A stretch of 64,000 nucleotides of DNA, from the NCBI RefSeq assembly GCF_009914755.1, contig NC_060938.1; one strand, written 5' to 3'. Below the pieces are notes generated by a model that was not told the DNA's origin, made no database searches, and saw only the letters and a program-made list of their open reading frames with translations. Shown here piece by piece: positions 23,397 to 35,640 of this stretch. The stretch is from the human T2T-CHM13v2.0 reference genome, Homo sapiens. The translations under genes were made by a program, and so were the position numbers. How positions within the stretch are numbered: position 1 is the first letter of the stretch; each line of letters opens with the position of its first letter.

Positions 23397-24500
23397 GGCT
23401 GGGCGCCGGACAAGAGGAGGGGGCGTGCAGCGGGCTGGAGGACGGGACGTGGGACGGAGCGAGGATGTGGTGGGGGCTGCGGGGGGAGGATGCGGAGGGG
23501 TTTCTGTGCAGGACGGGAGTCTCAGAGAGGAGACGGAGTGTGGGGGAGGGAGGGCCGGCCACGCGGTGGACAGAGCGAGGGTGCCAGGGTGACCAGAAGA
23601 CCGTCACCACCCGACAGCAACGCAAGTGCCTTTGACCTTGATTTGGACTTTTCTCCCTTTTGCATTTGGTGCTACAGACTTGAGACACCAGCAGAAGTTG
23701 TGTTCAGCCCGGCCCCGCTGCGCCTGTCCGGGCCGGGGCTGGCGCCGGTTGTGTTTGTGTCCACCTTGCCTTCTTTGCAGCCAAGCAGTTTTTGTGGAGT
23801 GGGACTTACCTGCACGCCCCAGGGGTCTTTCAGGATTCAGGATGACTTTTCTTTTACAATGGTTTCCTCTCGGCAGAGCCCGGGTTGTGGGGGATCTGTG
23901 TGGGGTTCTCAACGCAGATCCATCCTGGGGTCTCCCGGGCAGGGATGGCTGACCTCGAGTCCCCTCCCTTCCCGAGAACCTGCTCTGTCCCGAGGGCAGC
24001 TAACAAGGGCTGAGCCCCAGGTACAGGTTGCCTCTTCCACGGCAGGAATTTTTACCAAAACCACAAGCAAAAAACAAAACAGACCACCACGACCAACAAC
24101 AAAGATGGGGGGTAGGGTTTTGTAAAGGTTCTGTTAGGTTCATATTTTTATATCATTTTGCCCATAAATGCGGAATTTGCCGTGGGAATTTGAAGACAAA
24201 TGATCTATGTTTTTATGGTTTTCTAGGGAAGGTGTTCTGGGGGCCGGGCTCTCTCCAGCTGTGGGAGGCCTGCTCCCTCTGGGGGGCACCCTGGGCAGGG
24301 TGGGGGGGCCTTGGGAGGCGCTTCTTGCCAAATGCAGACGAGGGGTGAGCCTGCCAGCGTTTGCGACGTCCCCGCACGACAGGCTCATACTTTCTGAGGA
24401 TCGTGCATAGCATAGGACGTCTGAACCTTTGTACAAATGTGTAGATGACATCTTGCTACAGCTTTTATTTGTGAATTAAAGATGCATCGATGGTTCCCAC
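23397..24500 (+). other. KIF26A: KIF26A 3'UTR (end approximate)
   Basis: Follows the stop codon; AU-richer blocks; ends after ATTAAA. Confidence 0.8.
24475..24480 (+). terminator. Polyadenylation signal ATTAAA with upstream TGTA elements (24430, 24440)
   Basis: Only strong hexamer I saw after the stop; preceded by U-rich ttttatttg and two UGUA (CFIm-type) motifs. Confidence 0.8.
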
Positions 24501-26580
24501 GGCTGCCGAGTTCACTGGGCGTCGGCAGACTCCTCACGCCCTGGTGTGCCGCCCTCTGAGGGTCCCTGGGGTGAGGGGCAGTAAGCGTGGGAAGGACACA
24601 TCCACGGGGACCCAGGGCTTCGGGTGCTGTGCCAGGGCCTGCCTTGCAGCCCCTGTGGGGCCCACGGTGCCATGAGGGCCCTTCAGAGAAGGTGGAACAC
24701 GACAGAGCTGGGATTCAAGCCCACGCTTCCTTTCTGATCTGCTTTCTTGTTGACTCTGCTGAGATCTTAGGGTCCCGAGGCTGGGGCAGGGAGCCAGGCT
24801 TGGGGGCTGGGCTGGCGGGAAACAGCCCTGTGTAAGCGGCCCCTGGCTCCCTTGTCTCTGGGTTATGCTATGTGGGGAAGTCGAGGCAGGAGTGATGGCA
24901 GCATTTCCCTCCCAGAGTCTTCTTGCCATCCTCTGCCCTCTGCCTACCTTTGCTCATGGGCTCAGGACCCCCGAACCACAAGAGCCCCCTCCCGGGGCAG
25001 CCTGGATGGAGGCTCTTCCCTGGAGGACTCAGGCCTGGGTCTGTCTTGACCCCAGTTTGCTGGGCTTTCCCGTGGTCAGAGGCCCCAGACCCTTTGGGGG
25101 ATCCCCAGCCCTTTGACTGCTGTGAGCTCATGGCCTCACCTGACCTGTACATGTGCCCTCTGGGGCCACCTTAGCTGTTGCTCTGGTTGCCTCCTGGCCT
25201 CTTCGGAGTCCTATCTGCTTCTCATTTGGTAGGTCCCCAGCGGAACTAGTTTGCTTCCTTAAGCCTGTTACTCTGTCCCCATGCCAGTACCCCCCGCCTG
25301 CCTGGCCTGCGAAGGTTGTGTCTGGGCACCTGCCCCTTTCTGCGGCTTTGCACTGGCTTCCAGCTGCTCCACTCCACCTTCAACCCGAGGTCCTGGCCAT
25401 GAGGCCCCACCATCCCCCGTGCTGTGATCCCCTGCCCAGAGGCTGGCTGTGCAGCCCCTCCCTCCCTTGGGGACTCCCCCTGTCCCCGGCTAGGTGCCCC
25501 TCCCTGGCTCCAGGCGGGGGATGGTGGGGCCCCTCCTTGGTGGAGGCTCCTAGGCCTCTCTGCCATGGCACGTCACACCTTGTGCGGTCTCTGCCTGTCT
25601 CCCGGCCTGGCGGGGTCTGAGTCATCACCTTCCCCGATCCTGGGCACAGGGATAGGCCCAGCAGGGCTGAGGAGACACTGGCTGAAGAAGGAATAAAAGA
25701 ATACGTGAATGACAGCATCCCCTTAAAGAGGCTCCGGCTGCGGTGGAAGCAGGTCCAGGACAGCTCTGAGCCGTCTGCAGAGAGCCTCCCGCCGGCCCTG
25801 CACTGTGGTCCCACACAGACACAGTCCTTCGTGTGGCCACAGGGCCCCCCAGGTCAGGCCACAGGGTCACCCGCACCCAGGCCCCTAGTGTCCATCGCAG
25901 GTGGCCCTTGGGACTCCAGCCTCTGGGATTGGGGTTGCAGGCCAGCCTGGGAGGCTGCTGGGGCCCCTGATCCTCCAGCCCCAGCCCTGCTTTTGTTGGA
26001 GGCCAGCGCTGCGTCCCAGCAGAAACTCAGACTAATGTGGAGGGCAGGGTTGTTCCCGAGAAGCCGAGGGCCACGCATGCCGGCTCTGTGCTGGGTTTGG
26101 AGAACTTGGCGAGGGGGTCGGGTCCGGGTGGGGTGTGATGGAGCTTGGGGTGTGGAGGGGTGATCCTCTCAGGACCCTGCTCTCAGGAGAGCCTGAGAAG
26201 CCCACCAGGCCTGTGTCCTGGAAACCTGGTGCAGCTGGCTGTGACCCCTGACCTGCACAGAGGCACTGGCCAGGCACTCTGTCCATGGGATCCAGGACAG
26301 TGCTGGGGTCTGAGTGGGGTTGGGTGGGTCAGGGTACCTCATTCTCAGGGACCGGGGTGATGCTGGTCCCAGGAGGGAGGCTGGGGAGCTGCCCTAGAGC
26401 CCAGACCACTGCGGGGTGCCGGCTCTTGCTCCCTTCTTGCCCTGCACCTGCTCACCTGCAGGGGATGGGTGGGTGCTGAGGCGTGTCTGGGTGGGTCCCT
26501 TTCTTTCATAGAGCACACCCCTGCCCCCTCCCCATCCCTCTGTCATTGGAGGGGTCCAGAGCCTGCTTCTTGCTGGGGAG

Positions 26581-26700
26581 CCTGGTCCTCCCCCCCTGGA
26601 CCTGGGTCCTCCCTGCCTGGACCCCGGTCCTCGCTGCCTGGACCCCGGTCCTCCCTGCCTGGACCCCCGTCCTCCCTGTCTGGACCCCGGTCCTCCTGCC
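26581..26700. repeat. 21-bp minisatellite (cctggaccccggtcctccctg), ~5-6 copies
   Basis: Direct reading. Confidence 0.9.
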
Positions 26701-27030
26701 TGCCGGGCTGGCGTGGCTGGGGCCTTGGGGATGGTGGCCTTTGGGCAGGCCAGGCCGGGCCCATTTCCCACAGTTCAGGCCTGGCTCTCAGAGGGCAGTG
26801 CCTGTTTTACAGGACGTGGAATCCACTGTCTTGGGGCCAGCCCAGGAGCTGGGGCGGCCTTTCATCTGGGACATCAAAGCCCTCAGCCCTGTCATTAGGG
26901 GCTGGAAAGCTGGCTGGGGAGCGGCCCAAGTAGGAGTCACCCATTTTATGGATGGGAAAGCGGCAGCCGCCCCGGACCCAGCTCTTTGACTGAAACTGAA
27001 GCTAAGGCAGCGGCACCAATGCAGCCTGCA

Positions 27031-27208
27031 GGGAGCCTCCACCTCCTGCTTCCGGGACATTTGGGGAAACTGAGGCCCTGAGAGGGCAAAGGAGCCTCCA
27101 CCTCCTGCTTCCGGGACACTTGGGGAAACTGAGGCCCTGAGAGGGCAAGGGAGCCTCTGCCTCCTGCTTCCGGGACATTTGGGGAAACTGCGGCCCTGAG
27201 AGGGCAAG
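27031..27208. repeat. 59-bp tandem repeat x3 (gggagcctccacctcctgcttccgggacatttggggaaactgaggccctgagagggcaa)
   Basis: Units start at 27031, 27090, 27149. Confidence 0.93.
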
Positions 27209-29039
27209 GGCTGCTTGAGCCTCCAGCAGGTGTTCCTTGAGGATTAGGGGGGCGGATTTGGAGTGTGCAGGGGCAGGATGGGAGGGGCTCACAGGGGAGG
27301 GTCAGGGTCAGCTGAGGTGGGGAGAAATGGCAGCCTACGGGGAGCCACGCAGCTGCTGATGGTGGATGGCCAGGGCTGAGGCGGGTTTGGGGTTAGGGGA
27401 GTGGGCGCAGGAAAGGATCTTGCTGGGCTGTGCCGGGCACTGGCAAGGTCCTCCCAGGTGGTGTCTCTTGTAGCCTCTGAGGCTGGCCTGGCACCTGGCC
27501 AGCCTGCCCCTGCCATGGAGTGAGGTGCCCACCTGACTCACCCAGTAAGTCCAGGCCTGCCCTGACGGCCCTGCCCACACCAGCCCTAGCACGGGAGGCC
27601 ACGTTGTGGGGTGGGGTGACCAGGGGCAGGGGGTCATGAGGTGGCTAAGAGGAGGCCAGAGCTGGGTGGGCTGGGCAGGCCAGTGGGACAGGAGCTGAGC
27701 TACATGGCCTGGGGGGCCCGCAGAGCCGCTCCACAGTCCGCCCTGCTCGCAGAGTGGCGGAGGGTCCGTGAGCCACGGTCTGATTTCCCGGGGCCCCGCC
27801 AGGCTGTCTGCCCCGCTCCTTGCTGGAGGGCGGGGGGGTTCCCTATTCCAAGGACTGGGATCCGCAGGAGGCGGAAGAGCAGAGGCCCCTCATCCCTGGA
27901 CTCTAGGGTCCTCCTATCTGGCTGGGCGTGGTAGGCGTCTGGGAAACTGACTGCAGCTTCAGTAGCAGGCGCTGGGCTCAGAGGTTCCCTGTGAGCCTCC
28001 TCCTGTTCACCATCCCAGGGACCACAAGTGCAACCCATAGCGATGGCCATGGGGATGTGACACTAGGGTGGGATGGGAACAGTGGGAGTGCTGGCAGAGG
28101 AGCGTTGGTGGCAGGGAGGCTGGTGGCTGTGGCTGGGGTGGGGCCATTGGCAGAGCAGCAGCAGTACTAGGGATGGTGGCAGCAGAGATCCAACCAGCCT
28201 GGCTGATGGGGCAGTGTCGCCCCTCCTGGCCTGCTGGTCGCTTGGCTGCCCTCGGGCCTGTGTGTTCCTCATGAGGCCAGCAGGACGTGGCCCGAGCCTG
28301 GTCCTTTCCTGACACCCTTTTCCCTGGGAACTGGGAGTGAGGTCACAGCAGCCTCCACAGGGTTCTCACTGGGTCCTGAGCCCCAGCAGCTGAAGGGGGG
28401 AATGGCGGCCGCCTGGAGTGCCCAAGATGGGGGCCCTAAATAACCAGCAGCGGGGTCATTGCCGGATGATGCCACGTTCTCCCGGGGTCCCGGGCCGGGA
28501 GGGGAGGCTCTGCCAGTCCCCCTGTGTCTCGAGCCTCAGTCTCCCTCTCTGCCGAGGTTCCTGTTCACGTGTGCGGTCATGTGTGTGAACATGGCTCAGC
28601 ACCTGTCCTCATCTGCTTCCCCCCACCAGGGCCGCCCCCGGCTACCGTGAAATGGACGGTGCTCTGGGCTCTCCAGAAGGGGACCAGTCTCGGCCCCCAC
28701 ACCCTGGTTCCCTGGGAATCCGAGGAGGCCCCTGCCCTGTGACTGCGCCCCACGCCCCAGGGCCTGTCTGCAGCCCTGGCGGGAGGGTGATTCCTGGGGT
28801 GGAGGCCCCCTGTCTGCTCCTCTCCTGGGAACGAGCCCCGCCCCACGGTGCCTGGGGGCTGGGATGTGCTCCCAGCAAACAGGAAGCCCAGGGTGACTTC
28901 TCCCTCCTGACATTGTGTTTACCAAGGCGGGATCCAGGCCCGTTTCCACACAGGAAACCCAGGAGGCTGGAAGAGGCTGGGAAGGAATTCCCTGGGCCAG
29001 CTAAGACGCTCCGGCTTCCTGTAGGACAGGCAGGCAGTG

Positions 29040-29612
29040 TGGGGTGGGGGTGGAGTGGGGTGGGGGTAGAGGTGTGGGGTGGGTGGGTTTGGGGTTGAGG
29101 GATGGGTAGAGGTGGGAGTGGGGGTAGAGGTGTGGGGTGGGTGTGGGTGGTATGAATAGAGAGATGGGGTGGGGATAGGAGTGGGGTGGGGGTAGGGGTG
29201 GGTTGGGGGAGTAAAGGGATGGGGTGGGGTGAGGGTAGGTGTGGGGGGATGGGGTTGGGGTACGGATGGGGTGGGAGGGTAGAGAGATGGGGTGGGGTGA
29301 GGGTGGGTGTGGGGAGATTGGGTGGGGGTAGAGATGGGGGTAGATGGATGGGGTGGGGTAGAGGGATGGGGTGGGGTGATTGTAGGGGATGGGGTGGGGT
29401 AGAGGGGTGGGGTGGGGTGATTGTAGGGGATGGGGTGGGGTAGAGGGATGGGGTGGGGTGATTGTAGGGGGTGGGGTGGGGTAGAGGGGTGGGGTGGGTG
29501 TGGAGGATGGGGTGGGGTGGGGTGGGTGTTGGGGGTACAGGTGAAGGGATGGGGTGGGGTGGGGTGGGTGTGGAGGATGGGGTTGGGTGGGGTGGGTGTT
29601 GGGGGTACAGGT
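29040..29612 (+). repeat. G-rich (GGGGT/GGGAT)n tract, G-quadruplex-prone
   Basis: Dozens of G3-G5 runs with short loops; almost no C on the + strand. Confidence 0.93.
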
Positions 29613-30632
29613 GATAAGCAGCTAGGAGTCCAGGGAGGCTCCTGGGGCTCCGGGTGGCCGTGGTGGAACCCCCTTCAGAGCTCTGGATTTGGTGGCAGCC
29701 TTGAACGTCCCTGTGTCCCCATGTTGTCACCGGGACCTGCAGGCCCAGGCCCAGGTCTGTCTCCCTTCAGACAGGCCAAGGCTGAGGGGCACAGTGTCTC
29801 CCTCTGCAGAGTCCCTGTGGCCGGCACAGGGGACGCGTGAGCCTGGACATTTGTGATTTCAGGGCAGAGGCTTCCAGGAGGGCTGGGAGCAGAGTGGGGC
29901 CCTGAAGGTGCTCGCTCCACACCTGGGCCTGGGGCAGCCAGAAGGTCCCCCCTAAACTCCCTCCTGGCCACCTTGTCAGGAGGAGGTGTCATGTCCCAAA
30001 TGTGGGTCCCCCCCACCTTCCCCCGTCTGCCTGCGCCCAGCTGCACCAGACCTTGGCCTTCGGGGGTGCTGTTTGTTTCAGAATCATCTTTTAAAACTCA
30101 GCCTTCTTTTGGGTTTGCAGAAAAACCCTGAGGCTCACACAGAGCCCCCACACCCGACCACAGGCTCCAGTGCCCCCTCCCACGGGCATGCAGCGAGGCG
30201 GTGGCGACGGCCCCAACTCAGGTCGCCCGAGTTCCTGTCTGCTGCCCCTTCCGGGCTCCACCTCTGGAGGCAGAGACGTAAAGCACCTGGAATTCTGCAC
30301 GGGAGATTTGTCTCCTCTCTCATTTATTAATTTATCCAAATACTTTCGGCAGCGTGGACTTAGAGATGTTTGTTTTGTACTTTGGGTTACATTCAATACT
30401 GTTAGTTTCATGACTAAAGCTGTTCCAGCTCTGGCCAGTGGGAGCCTTTCAGCTGGGTGGCGTCGGTTTTGAGTCCTCAACCATTGCCCCCAGGTCCCCA
30501 TGGCCCCCAGACGTGAGCTGGTGCTGCCTGGTTCCTAGGCCTGCGGGCATGTGCGTCCCCTTCCCCCGCCCCCCACACGCGTGGCTGACATGTCCCTGCC
30601 GGGATGTGTGATTATATATATATAGAAATTAG

Positions 30633-30916
<284 letters not shown>

Positions 30917-33224
30917 CTTGGATAACGCTTCACACCAGTTGCTTCGCACAGTCCTTAGCTCTCTGCTTGACAGCCCCCGAGCCCACAGGCCTGGGAGTCT
31001 CCACCCCTCTGAAGCCGCAGAAGTGAGGGGATGTAATGGCTGAGGCCCGGGCGTGGTGGGGGGTCGAGGTCTCCAAGCACCCGGGTGGAAGGAAGTGTAT
31101 CTGGGCCCCGTGAGCAGACGGGAGCTCCTGCTGGGAGGAACTGTACCTGGGAAGAGGGACCCCACCCCTGCCCAGGCCCCTGAGCAGCCCAGGACCCTCC
31201 CCCAAGGAGGTCTGAGATGAGATGAGGCCCCTGGAGATGCCCCAGGAGGGTGCTGTCCAGGGTCACAGCCCCGTGCCAGGCTGGGGCCTCCCTGGTGAAC
31301 TCGGTGGCCCGGAGTGGATGAATGGCATGCGGGAGGCGCCTGCTGGCTGCCAGGGCGGGCGATGCTGGGCTAGTTGCCACTGTGGCACAGCCTGGCCCTG
31401 GGGTAATGACATTCCTGAGAACCCTCAGGGTGACATCACTGCGTAGCTGCCTTCACACTGTTGTCACCATCACGGGAGTGTGAGGTCAGATGGACGTGCT
31501 GCCCCTGGGGTGTCAGGCCCCCTGCCAGTGCTGGCCAGTCTGCCCTGCCTGCCATACGGGGCTTCAGCCGGCTTTCTGAAGCATCCCGTGGACCTGGCGG
31601 GGGCGGCCTGGGGGTGGGGAGGGCTGAGACTGCTGCCACTTCCTTGCCATTCCTGGGGGGCCGCAGGGTCACCATTTGCTCCCACTGCTGACCTGGAGGA
31701 AGGCAGCCTCTCTCCTCGGTGGGCTCCTGGTTATCTCAGCCCTTTGGGGAAACACTTGGTCCAGGTTCGGGAAACGGCTCTGCTGCCCTCAAGGGGAAGC
31801 CCATGTGCCTCACCGAGGAAACTCCCAGGCGGGGCCGTTGGTAACACTGGAACCCTGAAGGGACCTTGCATAGCTGGGCAGGAAGGGACCAGGGGCTTGA
31901 GGGGCGCAGGGGTGGGGCCTGGCCGGCCACTGCACTGCAGGTCCTGGGCAGGCGCCTCCTTTCTGTGCCTTGATTTCCCCTCCTGTAGCAGGAGCAGCTG
32001 TCTGCTGCGTCTGAGCCGGCTGATTTGGAATAAATCTCTGCCGTTTCTCCAGCCCCAGGGGCGGCGGGCCATATTTCTCGCAGCCTCAGCGGCTGTCCCG
32101 CAAAGCTAATCTGCCTGGCAGAGGGGTGACACTCTAAATCCTGTGCCCAGGCTGATTTGTGGGCCTGCCTGTGCTGGTGCAGGGCTCGCTGGCATCTTTA
32201 TGAGGCAGGATGAGCCTCGCTGAGAGCCAGGGCAGGCTGGGTGTGATCTACAGCCTGGGCGGCCCCCGCCTGCCAGCAGCCGCCGCTCACGCCCACTGGG
32301 CAGGGTGCTCTGGCCCAGGCTGAGGGCAGCCAGGTGTCTGACTCCTGTTGTTCCTGCTCCGGGAGCCTTGGAATTCACCTGCAGGAAGGAGGTTTCACAG
32401 CACACAGCTATCCAGGGGGCGCTTCCTGAGCATCGTGGCCTGGGCTCTGGGCCGGGCTGAGCTGAGAGGCCCAGATGAGGGAGACCCAGGTCCTGCCTGT
32501 AGGGAACCCAGGCTTCCTGGGCCATGGGCAGGCGACACCTCTCTGCCAAGGCAGGAGGGATCAGTCCATTCTGGCCTGGAGGTGGCTGAGCCAGGAGGGC
32601 ATCTGCCTCTGAGACAGCCTGCAAAGCATCGGTGCTGGAAATCGCCTGGGTTCCAACCCCAGCTCTGCCACTTCCCACCTGGGCTGCCGGAGGAGTTCCC
32701 TGAGATGGGCAGGGATGGGGCCTGGCTGGCCTGGCGGGGGCCTGGAGAGCAAGGGGGCCATGCACTCTGTCTCAGGGGGGACCCCAGTGAGGCCCCCCTG
32801 CACCTGTGTTCGTTGTTTCCTCCTCAGCAGCGCAGAAGGCTCCTGTTAGCTTTACCCAACGGGCTGGCTGAGCACCTGGGAGGGCAGTTCCTCAGGGCTG
32901 GCTGCTGTGTGAGGGGAGCCAGGGTCCCTGGGACAGTACAGGGGGTGAGGAGGCAGGTAGCAGGCCCCCTACAGCCTCACAGTGCCACGGGGCTGGCGGC
33001 ATGGCCAGGGCTCTGAGCCGTTGGTGCAGGAGGGCGCCCAGGCCCAGTTAGTCCGAGGTGGGACCTGGAGGCTGGTGCAGGCCACTGTTTACTTACTTCC
33101 CGTTATGCTGATCTGCCTGAGAGATTCAGTCCCCGGCTGCGCGTGTCAGGCCATGCAGTTTGTTAATAAGGCACAGAGGAGAGTAAAACACCTCCTCTAG
33201 GTGGCCAGATTTATCACTTGGTGT

Positions 33225-33633
33225 GTGCACACATGAGCAGGTGCACACATACATGAGCACACACATACATGAGCACACACACACACGGGCACATGCACGT
33301 AGGGACACATGTACACACATGCACACATGGGCACACATGCACGTAGAGGCACACCCGTACACATACACACATGCACACACGGGCGCACATGCACCTAGGG
33401 ACACGTGCACACACGTGCACACACGGGTGCACATGCACATAGGGGCGCACATGCACACACGGGCACACATGCACCTAGGGACACACATGTACACACATAC
33501 ATGCACACGGGCACACAGGCACGTAGGGGCACACCCGCACACACGCATGCACACGGGCACACATGCACCTAGGGACACACATGTACACACACATGCGCAC
33601 ATGGGCGCATGCATGCACACACACACACGTGCA
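33225..33633. repeat. CA/GCAC-rich low-complexity repeat
   Basis: Direct reading. Confidence 0.9.
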
Positions 33634-35479
33634 CTCAGGAGTCATGGGACCCGATGCCCTGCTCTTATGTCCATCTTCTTGGAGCCCTGGCATGGGGGCT
33701 CCCCCACCAGTCCCCACCTCCAGCTCTTCCTGGCAAGCCCGTGGGGAGGGGAGGAACTTGGCCTGCGTTCCCACAGACTGGCACAGGGAGCAAATCTGCC
33801 CAGCAAAGGTTGGGTGGCCTGCAGACCCAAGCCCACTCTGCTGGACACCTGGGCTCAGGTGCTAGACCGGGGGCTGCTCTTGCGGGCAGAGGAGGCCTCT
33901 GAGCTGCTGCCGGGAGAAGGAGGCTGGGCTCCAGGGTCGGGGGTTCAGGGCTGTGGGTTTGGGGATCTGGGGGTCCTGGGTCTGAGGATCTGAGGTGGGA
34001 GGACCTGGGAATCTGTGAGTTTGGGGATTGAAGCTTCAGCTCAGAGCCCAGTGCTGCTTTGGAGTGTCCCCTGAAGGAACCTGGAGTAGAGCACCAGCAT
34101 TTTCTTCCAGAAGCTTCTTTTGGGCCACTATTGTCTCAGACTGGTACCCGGCCAGGACATGCATGGGAAGGTGGCCTCTGGTGGCCTGTGGCCAGCTGTG
34201 CTTGGTGACTTCCAGGCCAGAGCCTAGGTAGACTGGCCCAAACCCTCAGAGGGTCCCCCCAGGGCAGATGGGCTTCCCGGTGTAGGCTGTATCTGTGGAG
34301 CCCAGGGAAGGGGGCGTGCGGGAGGGCAAGGGGGCTGCTGAGGGTGGGATGTGGGTGGAGGAGGCAGGATGGAAGGCAGGGGCAGGGCTGAGACCTGGCA
34401 GTAATGGGGCCACACTCAGAAGGACCCACACTGTTATGCCCAGTCGTCGCCACCTTGAAGTTCATAACGACTCTTGGATAAGGTGCCCAGGGTTTCTGTT
34501 ACGCTGTGGGCCCCACCCAAAATTATGTGGCTGGTTCTGAAGAGGGGACTCTGGGAGCGGGAAAGGCAGGCACAGAGGCTGAGGTGGGAGTGCTGGGGAG
34601 GTCGGGGGTCCACGCTAGCTGTCTCCATTCCTGATTCCTGCCCTGGGGGCAGAGGGTGGGGCTGGTCGGGCCTGCAGCTCACTGTCCTGAACCCCAGTTG
34701 CCTCCATCCCGTGCCTCCTCCCTGCTCCCCGCCATGAGCCAGGCTGCAGAGGTGGGCTGTACTCCCAGACTCAGCATCAAAAACTGCCCTGTGACCTAGG
34801 AAAGCCCCTTGGCCTCGCACTGGTGAAATGACACTGACCTTTGATTTTTGCACTTTAAAGGGTGGAGGTTGGAAAGGTCTGGCGAGAGCCACAGCCTGGC
34901 CTTGCAGGAGCCAGCTCCGACCTGTGACCTCAGCCCCCTGGGCCTCAGTTTCCCCATTATGGAAATGGGAACTTGGAGGCTTAGGGCTCCCTGCACAGTG
35001 GAGGTGGGTGGGTCCCTGAATGGGGAGAGCAGAGGCTTTGGGGCAAGAAGTTTTGGTGGGTGAGAGGCAGAGGTGGGGAATGCAGGCAGGGGCCTCCCCT
35101 TGCACCTGCATTCAGGGGAACAGAGGACATGTGGGCCAAGACCCTAGGAGGTCTGAGGACTGGTCCCAGGTTGGGGTGGGCATGGTGGCTCGGCCACCGT
35201 GGGGAGGCAGAGGGCTGCTCGTAAATCCACGCTGCTGTCAGCTGAACGGCAATTGCGGATTGAGGCGGCCATCGGGGCTGACCTCCTGGGTCTGACGGGT
35301 CCATCACAGAGCAGCACCGCAGGGAGAGGCGGCTCTGCCTGGGAACCCACCTGCACGGACCACACGGCCCAGGGCCTGCCAGTTCCTGCCTCCCGTTCCT
35401 GGGTGGGGCTCACCTAGTGTCACAGAGACACGGAGTGTCGGGCAGTGACTGGCCTCAGTGCCCAGACCAGCTGGGCTAT

Positions 35480-35640
35480 CTGAGTGCAAATTCTGCCTGC
35501 TGTGTGACCCCAGGTGTGCTACTGAACCTCTCTGTGCTCCTCTGAAACTGGAGATCCGTATTCACCCCTACCTCACTGGGGCTCAGTTAGATGATTTGAC
35601 CCGGAGTATGCAGCTTAGTGGTGCCTGGCACATAAGGAAC
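35480..35640 (+). mobile_element. MIR SINE fragment
   Basis: ctgtgtgacc...ctgaacctctctgtgct...agtggtgcctggcacataag. Confidence 0.6.

Noticed and set aside
28642-29730. 362-aa Pro/His-rich ORF
   Set aside because: Reverse translation of the G-rich tract.
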